This document shows, one piece after another, positions 1 through 13,810 of a stretch of 64,000 nt of DNA (position 1 is its first letter; every line of letters begins with the position of its first letter). Where the stretch lies: contig NC_057719.1 in assembly GCF_004010195.1 (NCBI RefSeq), positions 58,029,823 to 58,093,822 on the forward strand, given 5' to 3'. A program made the position numbers and the translations under genes. The stretch is from Chiloscyllium plagiosum. Lineage: Eukaryota. The notes beneath the pieces were generated by a model. It did no database searches. It was not told the origin of the DNA and saw only the letters and a program-made list of their open reading frames with translations.

Positions 1-640
1 CGCCACATATTTATCTGTACTATACTCCTATTCCTAGCCTGACTGGCATGTGGCACAGAGAGTAATCCTGAGATTACAACCCAAGAGGTCCTGTTTATCA
101 ATTTACTACATAATTCCTTGAACTCCCTTTGCTGCTCACCCTCCCTTTGAGAATATCCCACATCCACTCAGACATCCTTGACCCCGGCACAAGGGAGGCA
201 ACACACTATCCTGAAGTCTCTTTTCCTACCACAGGAATGCTTAGCAGTACCCTGATAATAGAGTCCCCTATTACTATTGCTCTACTGCACTTTGACCGTC
301 TCTGCTGTACAACAAAGCCAGTGATGGTACCACCACTCTGGCTGCTGCTGTCACAACCTTGATAGGCAATTCCCCCCAACAGTGTCCAAAACGGTATATT
401 TGTTAGATGGGGAAGCCACAGGGGACTCCTGGACTGTCTGCCTGTCCCTTCCAGTGGCCACCCATCTGTTTGCCTGAACCTTGTGACCATGTCTTTAAAA
501 CTCCTTCCTACGATGCTTTCTGCCTCCTGTCTGCTCCTGTGTGTCCAACTGTCACTCCAACCAATCCAAGTATTCTGACAGGAGCTGCAATTGGACACAC
601 TTACTGCAGATGAACTCGTTAGAGACATTCAAACTGTCAA
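1..640 (-). mobile_element. CR1 LINE ORF1 fragment (GDSL/SGNH esterase region)
   Basis: Minus ORF 206-628 contains AIVIGDSIIR. The reverse complement resembles the CR1 ORF1 copies at ~49800-50170 and ~63290-63690. Confidence 0.8.
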
Positions 641-2729
641 GATGTGTTGTTTAGGTTTTCGACCGGGTCGTTCTTCTCTGCTCCTGGACTGGGGCCTAAG
701 AAATTTCCAACCAATGGCTTTCTGTAAGCATTTAATGCCACATTCATATTTGCATTAGAACATGCCAGTGACATTGATTCTAACACAATTCAACCTGATA
801 TGCTACTATCCGCATAGTATTTCAAGGTTTTTCACAGATTTGTTTTGAAATATTAGAAAAATTAAATTTCTATTAATAACCCTGCTTTAGAATGATAGTC
901 CTTCAGATTTCATACCAGTAATATTACAGATAGATTTTTAAACTGTCCATTTGCCACACTCACTATTTAAATAATGCTTTCAGCTTTCAAATTGTCACGT
1001 TTTATGCAGAAGAGAACAGCTATGAATTGAGCTGCATGTTGTGACATCTAATAATGTAATTGTATAGTAATATATTGTAGAAAATACAATCTTACAACCA
1101 TTTATAAGTTCCAATAATATAACATTTTGGTCAGATTTTTTATCACACATTATGAAAATAATCTTATCCCACAACATGCAGCTCAATTGTGTAAATGAAA
1201 ACGTTTTAAAGCCATAGCACATTAGATATATTTGTTTTAACTGACCCCACTCCCACACTTCCCAGGACACAAATAGTATATTTACATAACTTGAAACGCC
1301 CAAATTAATTATTTATAGGGAGAAAGTTGGAAGAAGTAGCAAAGAAATTATATTTTCAACTGCCTCTTACAAATTCCATCTAACCTCTCCCTCCACACAT
1401 GAAAGAATGTTTTAAGATCAAGACATTTAAAATTATTTCACAAGTAACGTACATAATGACGTACAGTAATTTTGCAGTTTAGGCAGTGTGCCTACCTCAA
1501 GATCATGTGATCACAAAGATACGATTGGGTGCTCACAATATTAGGGATGTAATTTGCTATCCAGATTATCTGGGGGAAACAGTGCCTGAGTTATTCCTCT
1601 GGAATGTTGAAAATAGGGGTAAGATGATTGCTTAAATGTAGCTTCAGTGAGAGACTGAAAGGGCAGAGTGCATTAACCATTTGTTCCACTCCCGAATTGA
1701 TTTACCTTTCCAGTGATCTTAAGTGGTAAACACATACTGATACTTAGGATTTCCATGATCATTTTACATTTAACATGAGGTTAAGTCATTGACCCCATTT
1801 ATAGCAAAACTCAAGATCCCAGGCACTTCTTGGTGTAATTTCAAATATCTCAGCTTGCTTTGATAGGTATGGACATTACATTTCAGATCATGAAAGCTTG
1901 GTATATTCATTAGAAAAGACACAATACTGCATAGAAAACTTATCAAAGGCTTTCCCTTTATCTTGTGCTACCATAGTCATTAAATTGAGATAGTAAAATG
2001 ATAGCAAACAATAAACATAACTCAATATTGCATTACTGTCAAAGCGGTATCTTTGGACCATAGTAATTCAAAGGTTTTAAACAATGTGCTTTCATATATA
2101 CCAATTTATTAGAGTTGGTGTCTGTAGGCAATGTAAATAAAAATGCCTACATATCAAAATAAGCAGAACATGAAACAAATTTGTTCAGCACATGGTGGTC
2201 AGTGTAAACACTAAGTGACAGCATCCAGCCATGAACTATATTTGAGATAGCCTGACAAGTGAACTGTCGTCCTGAAGTCCACAAAAGTGACCAAGATGAT
2301 AATATAATAATTATTTAATATAATATCATTCAATGCCATAACTTCTGTAGCCTCAAGGAAGGCATTCTGCAATGTTTTCTATTTTGCTCAATGCATGAGC
2401 AGGCCATTTAACTAATAAGTTACAACATCACAATATAATGCAACATTTTTCTGCACAATGACATTGCCAGGCAGTGCGGATTAGCATCAACCACTTGTTA
2501 ATATATAATAACTTCAGCAAAAATATGCCTAATACTTTGGTCTACAGGTGTTCCTATTATAGACAACAAATGTTGACAGACAGTGGGGTGTTGCAGTTCT
2601 TTGTAAATATGAAATATGGAGAATATACTTATGGAAAAATATTTAATAACATCATTTGCTCTTCTACCTTCACCAAGATAACTCGGGATGAGCAACAAAT
2701 GTTATTTGCCAGAAATACTCTCAACACTT

Positions 2730-2960
2730 AAGCCTTTATCTTGCTCTTTTCCATTAAGAATTTGAATGTTCAATACACATTTTCTCCCACTATTATCCAA
2801 AACATTTGACACAACATACTGAACTGTATCTGGCACATATCTTCTATTATAGTCTATATCCTTTTGCAGATTTTCATGATCCTTGTCACCAATTTTCTTT
2901 GTGCCTTTCCCCATTCAACAGAGTGTCATTAGAAATTTGCAATATTGTTCTCTCAATTCC
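2730..2960 (-). mobile_element. old CR1-type RT remnant
   Basis: Degenerate KFADDT..ENLQKDID-like segment (ORF 2702-2914 contains DHENLQKDID). Confidence 0.45.
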
Positions 2961-3254
2961 CATGTGAAAAGCTCTGAAAAACATTACTTAGGACAATTTT
3001 ACGGTCTAAGAAACCTCTTGGAAATTATTTTGGAGAACAATTAAAAACAAACAGTATGTGGGTACTGCACTAATAAAATGCGCCTGTTTCCAAGTCTGGA
3101 TTTGGCCTGCAATTTTGGGCTAGTCACTAGTGATTACATTTAACTGTGCCTGGAGGCACGAAGCAAAGAACTATCAGTTTCACCTCCATGCATAACCTTC
3201 CACTGATGGGTGAATGTACACTGGCTGACAGTGGAATTGAAGCAGGAGGACAAT

Positions 3255-3605
3255 TCATATGGTGATAGCCAGCAGTATTGTCACTGGACTTTGACTTCAG
3301 AGACCCAGGCAATGTCCTGGGCACCCTGATTTGAATCCCGCCAAGACAGATGGAATTTGAATTCAATAATAATCTGGAATTAAGAATTTAATGGTGAGGA
3401 TAAAACAGTAACTGATTGTTGCAAAAACCTATCTCATTCACTAATGGCCTTTACAGAAGGAAATCTGCCATTCATACCTGGTTTGAGTTACATGTGACTC
3501 CAGACCCACAGCAATATGGTTGACTCATAACTGCCCTCTGGGCAATTAGCAATGGGCAATAAGTGCTGGCCAAGTCATCGATGTCCATGTCCTGTGAAAT
3601 AATGG
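3255..3605 (+). mobile_element. tRNA-headed SINE (5' head + 3' tail of the LINE family at 16200-17770, 21430-22016, 60852-62128)
   Basis: tRNA-like head (gtattgtcactggactttgacttcagagacc...gaatccc). Body matches 60855-61125 up to ctgccctctg (3531-3540). The rest matches the LINE tail at ~21945-22015. Confidence 0.75.
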
Positions 3606-3639
3606 ACATATTTCAGGATGGATGGACAATCAAAGGTAA

Positions 3640-3845
3640 GGGTTCTTGGAGGCAGCGCTTAGGGTCCTGATCGAGATGGTACAGATGTGGAAAGCATGTC
3701 CTGTATCCATAGCTGAGAAGGAAGCCACAGTAAAAACTAATGTAGTAAATGTGGAAGGAAAATGTGGAGGAGGTCACAACCTGGATCTCTATCCTTAGGG
3801 CATGGCTCCAGTGACCAACAAAAAAATTAATGTCTTGAAATGAGT
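3640..3845 (+). mobile_element. PIF/Harbinger-like Myb/SANT ORF remnant
   Basis: Frameshifted translation RFLEAALRVLIEMV..VLYP..W.E..EEV..RAW.Q..KK resembles Myb/SANT-like DNA-binding domains of Harbinger accessory ORFs. Confidence 0.4.
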
Positions 3846-3991
3846 GGTCTCACCCCTCAAACACTTTTCAATAATTCAATATTCTAACTTTACAACCTCA
3901 ACACATCGAATGCACCATCTGGTTATACAATGACATTCGCTCAATCTACATTACTACATTTTTCACAGTGACAATTACATGGCAGACATTT

Positions 3992-4320
3992 AGAGTCATA
4001 GAATCATAGAATTTTACAGTAAAGAATGGGGCCATTCATAGCATCACACAACATAGTAATAGGCTCCTTGGCCCACCATATCTATGCCAACCAACAAACA
4101 CCAAACTACTTCAATCTCCTTTACCTTCACTTTGTCTATAGCCTACTGTGCCCTGGCATTTTAGATGCTCATTCAGATGCTTCTTCAATATTGTGAAAGT
4201 ATTTGCCTTTATCACACTCTCAGGCAACAAGTTCCAAATATTTACCACTCTCTGCGTGAAACTTTGTTTTTGGTGATCTCCTCTAAACTATTTGTTCCTC
4301 ACCTTAAACGTATGTCCTCT
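3992..4320 (-). mobile_element. CR1 3' end fragment
   Basis: (catagaat)n tail repeat followed by the typical CR1 3' terminal sequence on the minus strand. Confidence 0.7.
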
Positions 4321-4631
4321 GCATTGGTCAAATAGATGCACAAGGTAGTAGCATAGGAATCATGAAGCACCAGGGTGAACAGTTTAATATTTATAAGTTC
4401 AGTTGTTTATTAAACATTTTTCATTGTTTGCTTCTGGAGCACATTGTGATTATGGGGAATTTGCAGTTGCGAATATGAGTTTTTACAATTTTACTCATCA
4501 GGAAAGGGTTATATGAATTGATTATAGATGATAGAGCTCTTAATGAATCTCAGCTTTAGGAGGAAAGACATTTGACAAAGGTACAGGATGTTTCTCAAAA
4601 GCAGGCTTTAATAATGACAGCCAACAGCCCT

Positions 4632-4991
4632 CCCATGGTTGCACAGTGGCTCAGTAGTTAACACTGCTCCCTCACAGCTTTAGAGACCTGGGTGAGCCTT
4701 GGGTGACTGTCTATGTGGAGTTTGCACATTCTCCCTGCCTCTGCATGAGTTTCTGCTGGGTGCTCTGGTTTCCTCACACAGTCCAAAGCTGTATAAGTTA
4801 GGTCAATTGGCCATGCTAAATTGACCATAGTGCTTTTCCAGCACCACATTTTTTGACTATAGTGTGCAGGCTAAGTGGGTTAGCCATGGGGAATGCAGGG
4901 GTAGGGGTGGATATGGGTGGGATTCTCTTCAGAAGGTTGGTGTGGATTCAATGAGCCAAATGGCCTACTTCCACACTGGAGGGATTCTATG
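4632..4991 (+). mobile_element. HE1-type tRNA-derived SINE
   Basis: gtggctcagtagttaacactgc head, gtggagtttgcacattctccc core, ggccatgctaaattg, and CR1-like tail ending gggattctatga. Confidence 0.85.
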
Positions 4992-7946
4992 AAACATGAA
5001 TCCCTGTCTATATTACAAAGTATATGCATGCAGGGACAATGTCTGATCCTTGCCCAAGTCTTCCTTCTCCTGAAGCTGACTCTCTGGCATAACTGATGAT
5101 GATAATATTTGGTCCCTCATGATGACTAGCTTGTTGAGCAACTTAACAAGTCAGCATAAAAGTGGAAACACTCCCAGCTGCGTAGTGCAGGGAATTTCTT
5201 GACCAGTCAAGGAATGTAATTTCAGCTTAAAGCTTCCATTAAGTTATAATCCTGGTGTCAGAGTGGTTCTCACTATAGGAGTATCCAATAGTTGGTTGGT
5301 GTGATCAGCAACGAATGGCCTCCTTCTGCACAGTAACAATTCTGAGAGGCATTCAGCAGCATGATACCTTGCTGGCAGTGCACAAAAGCTGGGCATAGAG
5401 GAAAGGAATTCTTTCTGGTGACTGAGCTTAAGTGAGGGTCTTGCATGGTCGTACATGCAGTTTGTGACTTCTGAATCACGGAATTCTGATAAGCCTGTCA
5501 AGTTCTAGAGCTCTTTGCTTCTAATCTTTTCTGACAATAAGAAATAATATATTGTCATAACTAAGAGTGACAAAGCCTCAGCAATTTACTTTAGTGCCTA
5601 GAGTGTTGTGATATGTGCATATCACCTAGAACATTAGGAAAATTCCAGTAACATAAATGGGAGTGTTACTGTAGCAATGACTGCAGATTTCTGTAACTAC
5701 CGCCTTATTACTGCAGCCTCTTTTCTTACCATCCATCAGTGAGATAAAGGGAGGTGTAGGTCTTGTTAAAGATTCTGAGTGGAAGGGCGCTCATCCTGCA
5801 AGTCCTCCTGTGCCTTCACCTAAAATAATTAGGGCTGCTCTGCCTTGTCTCCTCCTTCAGACCAGGATAGAGAGTGGGTGTCAGGTGATGGTAGGTGGGT
5901 AGATGTGTGTTCGGGGAGGGAATGAACTCCAATTAGTTTCCATTACCAACTGTTATTTCTTCTTGAGCTGTGTTGAGTTCATCACGAAGGATGAATTTAG
6001 AAAGTTGGATTCTTCTCCAAAAAGAGCAATCAAAACCTGAGGATAGATTCGAAACTCCCAAGCATCCCTTAAATTTGGTTTCAAAGTCGCATGATTAAAA
6101 GCATAGGACTAGACCATCTACTGTTAGTGTAGATCTAAGTTTTATGGGACAGCTAGTAAAGATTTTAACAGTCAAAACAGCTGAAATTAAATTACTGCAA
6201 AGTAGAATGCTGTCTAATAAAAACACAATTTTAAAATTAGCCTTGTGGCTAATAATGCAATCAGTAATGCATCATCACTTCAATAAAAACAGTGTCTCTT
6301 TCAGAGTTATTTCAGATCAATTCTTTTAGTTTAAGTCTATTATTGTGCAAATTGTGGAAGAAATAGATAATCAAGCTCTTTGCAAATTGGGTAATGCTCA
6401 AATTACTGGTTTTGACACTTGGCCCATTGAATTCAAACAAATAATAGAAATGAGGTGCACACAGGCCATTATCATGGTGCCAGTCCAAATATTATAGCAC
6501 AAGCTGAAACTTCTATTAATCTACTTTTAAATGAAAATACTTTTCAAACAAGTCTATATTGCTTCTGTCATGCAATGTGCATAACATAGCATTGACTGAC
6601 AACATTGTAATTGGCATCACTGCACATTAACTAACTTTTACAGTACAGAAAAGTACTTTTTTTCTTAAATACACACATTTGCTAAGTACAGATGCATGCT
6701 ACTATGCTTAGTTCAAACAGCACTATGCATGGACTGATTTTATATGGGAACAGTGCAAAGCTATATTTTTTTCCTTTGCAATATGGCATTGTTCAAGTTT
6801 ACAGGGACAATAACTTTTCTAAAAGGATAAACATAACCTCTCAGTTACCTCAGCTGAGGTTAATTGTTATTATATCTGCTCTTGATCTTCATTGTGCTGC
6901 CTCTCTTTTTACTGTGTGAACATGACATATGTATTGTCTTTATTATTATTCTCAGCAGGTTCAGATCAGGATGAACTACAGCATGGGCATAACAGCAACA
7001 AAGTGGATCACAACCAATAATTATAAAAGCTGGTTGCTGGAAGGGTTCATTGTATCTACACCTTCATACAATAGGTATGCACACAATTGTCTTTGTGAAC
7101 AAGGGTTCATAATGGAATCAAGCATTTTCATATAAGATGTTAAACAAATAAATCATTGAAAAATCAAATTTCTTCACGATGAAAGTAACTCATAACTTAA
7201 ATACTTATAAATAACCTATTTTCAAAACACTGAATTGAGAAATAGCCTCTGGTTTTCATACATTCATAAATTTAGGAATGATTGATCAAACACATCGCAT
7301 ATGATGCCTCAAGTTTACTGAAGATTAATAAGCAAAAAAGGAGCTCTTGCTCTTACAATAATTTCTGAAGAATTATGAAGATGACATGCATCACAGTGAC
7401 CTAGGTAGGTGGAAAACTGGCCAGATCCCATGTTGAGTAGACCAATATGTCAGATCTGGAGATGAGGACAATTCCATGGGTAGAAAGTCTCAATCACACG
7501 GGTCTTGGCCTGGAGTAGCTGCTCATGATCAGTCTCTGGTACAAATGTACAGAACATAATTTGTGGATCGCAGAATTGTTATGGTGCAGGAGGAGGCCAT
7601 TTGGCCATAATCTAAGCTAGGCCTCATGAATTTGATGTGAAGGAGTTCTACCTATAGGTACAAAGCCAGTAGATGCTCCTTTCTTTTATGCCGATCTTAT
7701 CCCTTATTTTCAATATTATCTTTTTCATTAAAAAATCACTCTGAAACCCTTCTTCTCCCTACTTTTAAAGAGCCAAAATCTTCATCTAATTTTCTTAGAA
7801 TGCCTCTCAAATCCTGAAATGACTCTATAAAGGCAGGTATCCTGTTACCAAGTCACCCTTTATTAACAGGTGAATCATACATGATACTGACCCAGCTAGC
7901 ACAGAGCCAGCTCCTGCAGTGAATAGAACTCCTGACAATCCTGTTT

Positions 7947-8352
7947 TTTTTTCTTTTTTTACTTTTCTCTTTTTCTTTTTTTTTCTTTTAACCCCCACAC
8001 TACCACCTAAGTGCGGTAGTGCTTATTTTATCNNNNNNNNNNNNNNNNNNNNNNCCTACCTCTCCCTGAACAACTCCAGGGTGTTGGTCGACGCCGCGTG
8101 CTCCTTCTCCAAGGACACCCGGGCTCTAGCGTAACCGCGGAAGAGGGGCAGGCAGTCGGCCCTAACGACCTCCTCCACGGCCCGCTGCCTGGACCTGTTG
8201 GTGGCCAGTTTGGCCAGGCCCAGGAGCAGACCCACGAGGAGGTCTTCAGACCTGCCCTCCTTCCTCCGTACCGGGTGCCCAAAGATCAGGAGCGTGGGAC
8301 TGAAGTGCAGCCAGAAACAGAGGAGAAGGTTTTTAAGGAAATCAAAAAGGGA
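7947..8352 (-). mobile_element. 5'-truncated Tx1-clade non-LTR retrotransposon inserted in the LTR
   Basis: 13-bp TSD gacaatcctgttt at 7934-7946 and 8353-8365. A-rich tail on the minus strand. Minus translation LLVGLLLGLAKLATNRSRQRAVEE..DCLPLFRGY. Confidence 0.75.
8033..8054. other. assembly gap (N)
   Basis: Run of N. Confidence 0.99.
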
Positions 8353-11300
8353 GACAATCCTGTTTATATCTGTCAGCCTTGGGCCCCCGATTGGATCAGG
8401 TTAACAGACCCAGGAAACTCATTCTATGAGGTCCACCTGGCTGACTTCATTCCAGTTACAATATCCCTTTCTCGCTATCACTCTCTCTCTACATACTGGG
8501 ACTTAGGCCCATTCATTTCCTGTAGCTTCTCCAGGGGTGTTTTTGCACCAGGTCCAATTCCGCCGACTCTGCCTCGGATACTGGTGGCCTGTACCAGACC
8601 ATAGTCCACCTCTTATGCCTGGAACATCTCAGACAAAATCTTCTTCTTCTTTAGGCAGTAACAACATGGAGGCTGCAACATCTGCTATGTCCATCTCATC
8701 CTCAGAGGTTTCTTTGGCACAAGGTGGAGGAAAATCCATGGATTTGGACAACCTTGCTGAGAATTTTTAAGGGCCAGGTATGTTTTGCTGATGCCCCGCT
8801 TTCAAGGCTGCAGTTTTCATGTGGTTCATGTGCTTGTGCAGGATCGCTCCTCCTACCCAAACTCTGGACGTCACGGGACCTGACCTTGCATCGATCATGC
8901 CTCTTAGCCAGGCAGGCTATTCCCATGGTTTGGAAACCAAATCTGGTCCTTTGAAGTAAACTGCCTCTCTAGTATTAGTGTTCCCGGTGCCGGTTCCCCC
9001 TCCCCACAATGTTCGGGAAGATTGGGTTTAACCTAGTGTGGAGTCTTCTCCCCATTAGCAACTCTGCTGGAGCTGCCCCTGTAGTTGCATGAGTGGTGGT
9101 CCTATAAACTGGCACAGTTTGGTATCGAGTGAGGCTGTAGGCTGTTTCTTTCAGATCGCCTTCCAGGTTTGGACTGCTGTTTCCACCAGACCACTGCACA
9201 ATGGATGGTTATGGAGCTGTCCTTATACACCAAATACCATTCAACTTTAGTATTCCGTGCTGGTAAATGATGGCCTGTTGTCTGTAACCAACACCTCTGG
9301 GAGTCCGCATATTGCAAAAGATGCTGGCAACATTTCAATCATCATCCCCGTTTGACAAATGAGCTCTATGCATATCCAATCACTTTGAATGGGTGTCCAA
9401 AATGACTAAAAACATTGAAACCATGAAAGTATTTGCATAGTTGATGTTATCTGAGTCCAGAGTTTACCCGACCATTCGTACAAAATGGGTGTGCTGCTGG
9501 CGGTAAGTCCTGTCCTTGTTGGCATTCTGGGCCCTGCTCCACAAATGCAGCTTTGTCAGCATCTGACCCTAGCGATCATTTTGGAAACCCCTGGATGACC
9601 TGGTGGAGAACAGCCAGTATCTGGTAATGACCTTTGCTCGGAACAATATGTTATCCTCAATGGTGATCTAGTTTCACTGTGTCCAGAAAGATTTCAATTC
9701 TTGTTGTGATAGCCTTTTTGATTCCCTCATCACCACCAACTATTTTACTTTTGTCAGGACAAGATCCTTTGTGTCCACATTCTGATAATGTCAGTAGTAA
9801 TTCTCAGCTAATTGCAATTGCAGGTACTTTTGGCTTATGTCCAGCTTTGTGAAGGACAGTACCCTGCCAGTTTTGTATACAAATCTTCTATCCAAGGGAC
9901 TGGGTGTTATCCAGCTGCGAAAAGCTGTTTATTGTTTGCTTGAAATCCCACAAAGGCAAACTGACCCATCGAGCTTCACAATCGGCACGATTGGAGCTGC
10001 CCATTCCATAAACTACATATAGTGGGTTTGATGATTCCTTTGCTGATTTCTGCCTCTACTTTTGCACATAAGGCAAATAGCACTGGGTGGGACTTGCAGA
10101 ATCATGGAATTGTTTCCTGGTCAACATGCCTGTTTGACAGTCCCTGAACCTTCCTGAATATTTAAATAGAACTTCACTCAGACATCCATTTTCTAATTGA
10201 AAAATGCTGCACTTTCAAGTTGAATCTTTCTCAACCAGTTTCACCCCATCAAGCTTGGGCCTGTGTTTTTGCTACAAGCAGTGATAACTGAATCAGTTGC
10301 TCATAAGGGACCATTACCCTTAATCTGTTGTACCCTTAATCTGTAGGGTTTCCTCAGTATAGGTTCTCAGCCTGGCTGAGGTCTTTGTTTAAATTTAAGG
10401 GCTAGAGTCTAAAGCAAATATTGGTAAAGACTGGTCCCGCAATCACTGATACAACTATGTCAGTATCGACCTTCATTAGAATTAGGTGATCATTTAACCA
10501 AACATTTATTTTGATTGATTCCGATTTGGACGTTGCTAGGTAATTTAACTGTTCCAAGCCAGATGTAGGTGGACTTTCCAGAGGGTACACTCTCCTGGAT
10601 AATGGCTATGCATTTTTTTGCTCAATTCAGGTCTTGTGGGACTCTTTTGCTGTCTCTAGTCCACAAACTGGCAGCAACTACAAACACCTGCCAGCCCAGA
10701 TCTTACATCCAGGCACTGCACTCTAAACCCTAAACCTCCAGTCAAAAAGTGTTTCTACTCAAGTCATCATTGCTTCTTTTGTTTCTTGTAGATTATGGGG
10801 ACATTTCACATAACTTCAAGTATTCATCTACGTAGCTCAATGAGAGGAGTAAGTTAAGACCAACTGGGAAAGAACCTGAAACCACTCAAGCTGGGACCAA
10901 ACTGCTGGTAAGGTACTGGAACCTCAGATCAGCCTCAATAAAATATGAGATACAATCTCTTATTAAAATTAGCAGTCAGTCATGAAAGCATAATTCTAAT
11001 ATCTTTGAAAGAAAAAGTAAGAAATGACTCGATGGTGGATTTTCATAAAGCCAAATATGTAATACTTACTGTTGTGATCCCAATTATGAGAACATTGGAC
11101 AAATTGTATATTTGTTCTGATTTGCTTGATGTATCATAATCACAACAAGAATATAAATTTTGGCAGAAGGAAGGATAATAAAATAAGCAGAACTCCAAGA
11201 TTAAATTAAAAGACCAAAAAGTCTTTACCACACAAACTTGAACAAAACACAAATATTACTGAAAAGAGATAAGCAGTTAAAGCTTTTTTTCGAGAATAAA

Positions 11301-12757
11301 TTTCAAGAAAAAGAAATAAAGAAAAAAAAGGAACAATTCATACAGCATACAAAAGTTGCAGTTGGTTAAGTTGCTTGGTTAAGTTACAGTTGGCACCTAG
11401 ATGCAGCAGGAACCATATCTGTCTTAGTTGAGTACTGAAAGTTAAACCAGATAGTTTGACTCTGATTGGTCAGAGTATTGCCATGGGGATGTAGGAGTGA
11501 TTGGTTTCCTTCAAAGTCATTTGCTCAGTGAGAAAAGCACAATGTGTGGACATAATCATTTTGCTGAGAAAGCAAGGGTTTTGTCTGTATGTGGATACTG
11601 CTAAGTGAACACTAAAAGGTTTTCTGATGAAAGTAATTGCATATCTGGATCTCTTCCTATTCTTTTTCACTAAATCCCAGATAGAAAATATTCCAGAGAG
11701 TCTGTAAAACATCGATTACTTTATCAATTTGAGTGCTTATTGACACTGCACAAACTTTCAGAATTTCGGTCGGGTATAAGTTCATATATTTGTCATTGCA
11801 CAATACCTTAACTCAGCCTACCATAAACATTTTTCTGGAGTTGATTAAGAACAGAAGTTATGGCTTTACTGTACTGTGATTTAACCAGGAAATAGACAAA
11901 ATGCTTCACATTGAGTACAGGTCATTTTCACTCAGTCAACAGACATTTATAACTTATTTGCATTTTTTTATAAACTATAGCTCTGTATTTGTGAAGGAAA
12001 TGCCATAATTCATCACCACTAACGAGACAGACTGAATACAGTCAATATAAATAGAAATTGTTTCCATGGATAATTACAATCAAAAGACTGTAAGGCAGTA
12101 AAATGGAAACATGTCTTATTTAACAAGGAAAAATATATAAGTACAGAACTTTCATTGGCTGTTTGATTCAAACAGTTAAAGTTAGTTTACATTAATTGGG
12201 ACTGTTGCATAAAATATATTCTTTAAATTCCTAATTTCATTCATTAACAATGTGAACAATGAGGTGCCCAAAAGCTACAACATTCATTTTGAGTAATAAT
12301 TGGAAATGAATGAAGTCATACCTTCTTTGAAGTAGCTTTCCAAAGATAACTTTGTAAAACAATTGATGCATGCATATTCATCAAAATATTTGACCTTTCT
12401 CATTAGATTTCACAGAATCTCAAATTGTCATGGTACAGAGAAGACCATTCAGCCTATCATGTCTGTGCTGACTTTCCAAAAGATTTAGTGACATTCTTCC
12501 CCACTTTCCCTGTAACCCTGCATGTTATTTCTAATTAAATAACCATCTAATACTCCCTAAATGCCTCGGTGGCTCTCTCCACTGCACTTCCAGGCAGTGT
12601 ATTATAGTTCCAACCACTTGCATTGTGAAAATGTTTTTTTCTCACATCACATTTACTTCTTTGAAAATCACTCTAAATCTATGCTTTCTTGTTCTTGATT
12701 CTTTTGGAAATGGGAAGAGTTTCTTCATGCTTCTTCTGTCCAGACATCCCATGATTT

Positions 12758-13810
12758 AGAGTCACAGAGTCATAAAACTGTACAGCATGTTGGTCCTACT
12801 CGTCCATGCCGACCAGATATCCTAAATTAACCCACTCGCATTTGCCAGCATTTTCCATCTAAGTCCTTCCTTTTTGTATACCATCCAGATGCCTTTAAAT
12901 GTTATAATTGTACCAGGCTCCACTTCCTCTGGCAGCTCATTCTATACATGCAGCACTCTCTGTGTGAAAATGATGCCCCTTTGGTCCCTTTTAAAATTTT
13001 CCCCTCTCACTTTAAACCTATGCCCTCTAGTTTTGGACTCCCCCACCCAGGGAAAAACCTTGTCTATTCACCCTAACCATGCCTCTCACGAATTTATAAC
13101 TTTAATAAGCTCATTCCTCAGCATCTGATGCTCCAAGGGAAATAGTCCTAACCTATTCAGCCTCTCCCTATAACCAAGAAGCCCTGAAGGAGGGCTTATG
13201 CCCGAAACGTTGATTCTCCTGTTCCTTTGATGCTGCCTGACATGCTGCGCTTTTCCAGCAACACATTTTTGAGCTCTCCCTATAACCAACCCTGACAACA
13301 TCCTTGTAAATCTTTTCTGAATCCTTTCAAGTTTCACAACATCCTTCCTATAGCAGGGACACCAGAACTGAACGCAGCATTCCAAAACTGGCCAACCAAT
13401 GTCCTGTACAGCCTCAACATAACCTCCCAACCATTATACTCAATGCCCTGGCCAATAAAGGCAAGCATGTCAAACACCATCTTCAATATCCTCTGTCTGT
13501 GACTCTACTTTCAAGGAACTATGAACCTACACTCCAAAGTCTCTTTGTTCAGTAACATTCCCCTGGACGTTACTATTAAGTTTATAAGTCCTGCCCTGAT
13601 TTGCCTTTCCAAAACGCAGCATATCACATTTATCTAAACTGAACTCTATGTGCCACTCCTCAGCCCACCGGCCCATCTGTTCAAGGTCCCGTTGTACTCG
13701 GAGGTATCCTTTTTGGCTGTTCACCACACACTAATTTTGGTGTCATCTACAAACCTACTGTACCTCCTTTGTTCACATCCAAATCATTAGTATTAGTGAC
13801 AAAAAGCAGT
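12758..13810 (-). mobile_element. HER1/CR1 LINE, 5'-truncated
   Basis: Minus ORFs include CVQFWCPCYRKDVVKLERIQKRFTRML and QRDLEQMGRWAEEWHIEFSLDKC. CR1 tail repeat at the left end. Confidence 0.9.
13178..13273 (+). mobile_element. Penelope-terminus mini-insert carrying a hammerhead-like motif
   Basis: 16-bp direct repeat ctctccctataaccaa at 13162-13177 and 13274-13289. Insert reads ctgaaggagggcttatgcccgaaacgtt... Confidence 0.8.

Larger units (their letters stand above)
7815..10715 (-). mobile_element. degenerate Ty3/Gypsy LTR retrotransposon (3' LTR ~7815-8460, integrase, protease)
   Basis: Integrase C-terminal YRTTTHATTGAAPAELLMGRRLHTRL (8975-9199). Protease-like WLNDHLILMKVDT (10402-10590). 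Purine tract next to the TGTAAC LTR start at 8460 on the minus strand. Confidence 0.75.

Noticed and set aside
10315..10344. 14-bp tandem duplication tacccttaatctgt
   Set aside because: Ordinary local duplication inside a decayed Gypsy protease region.
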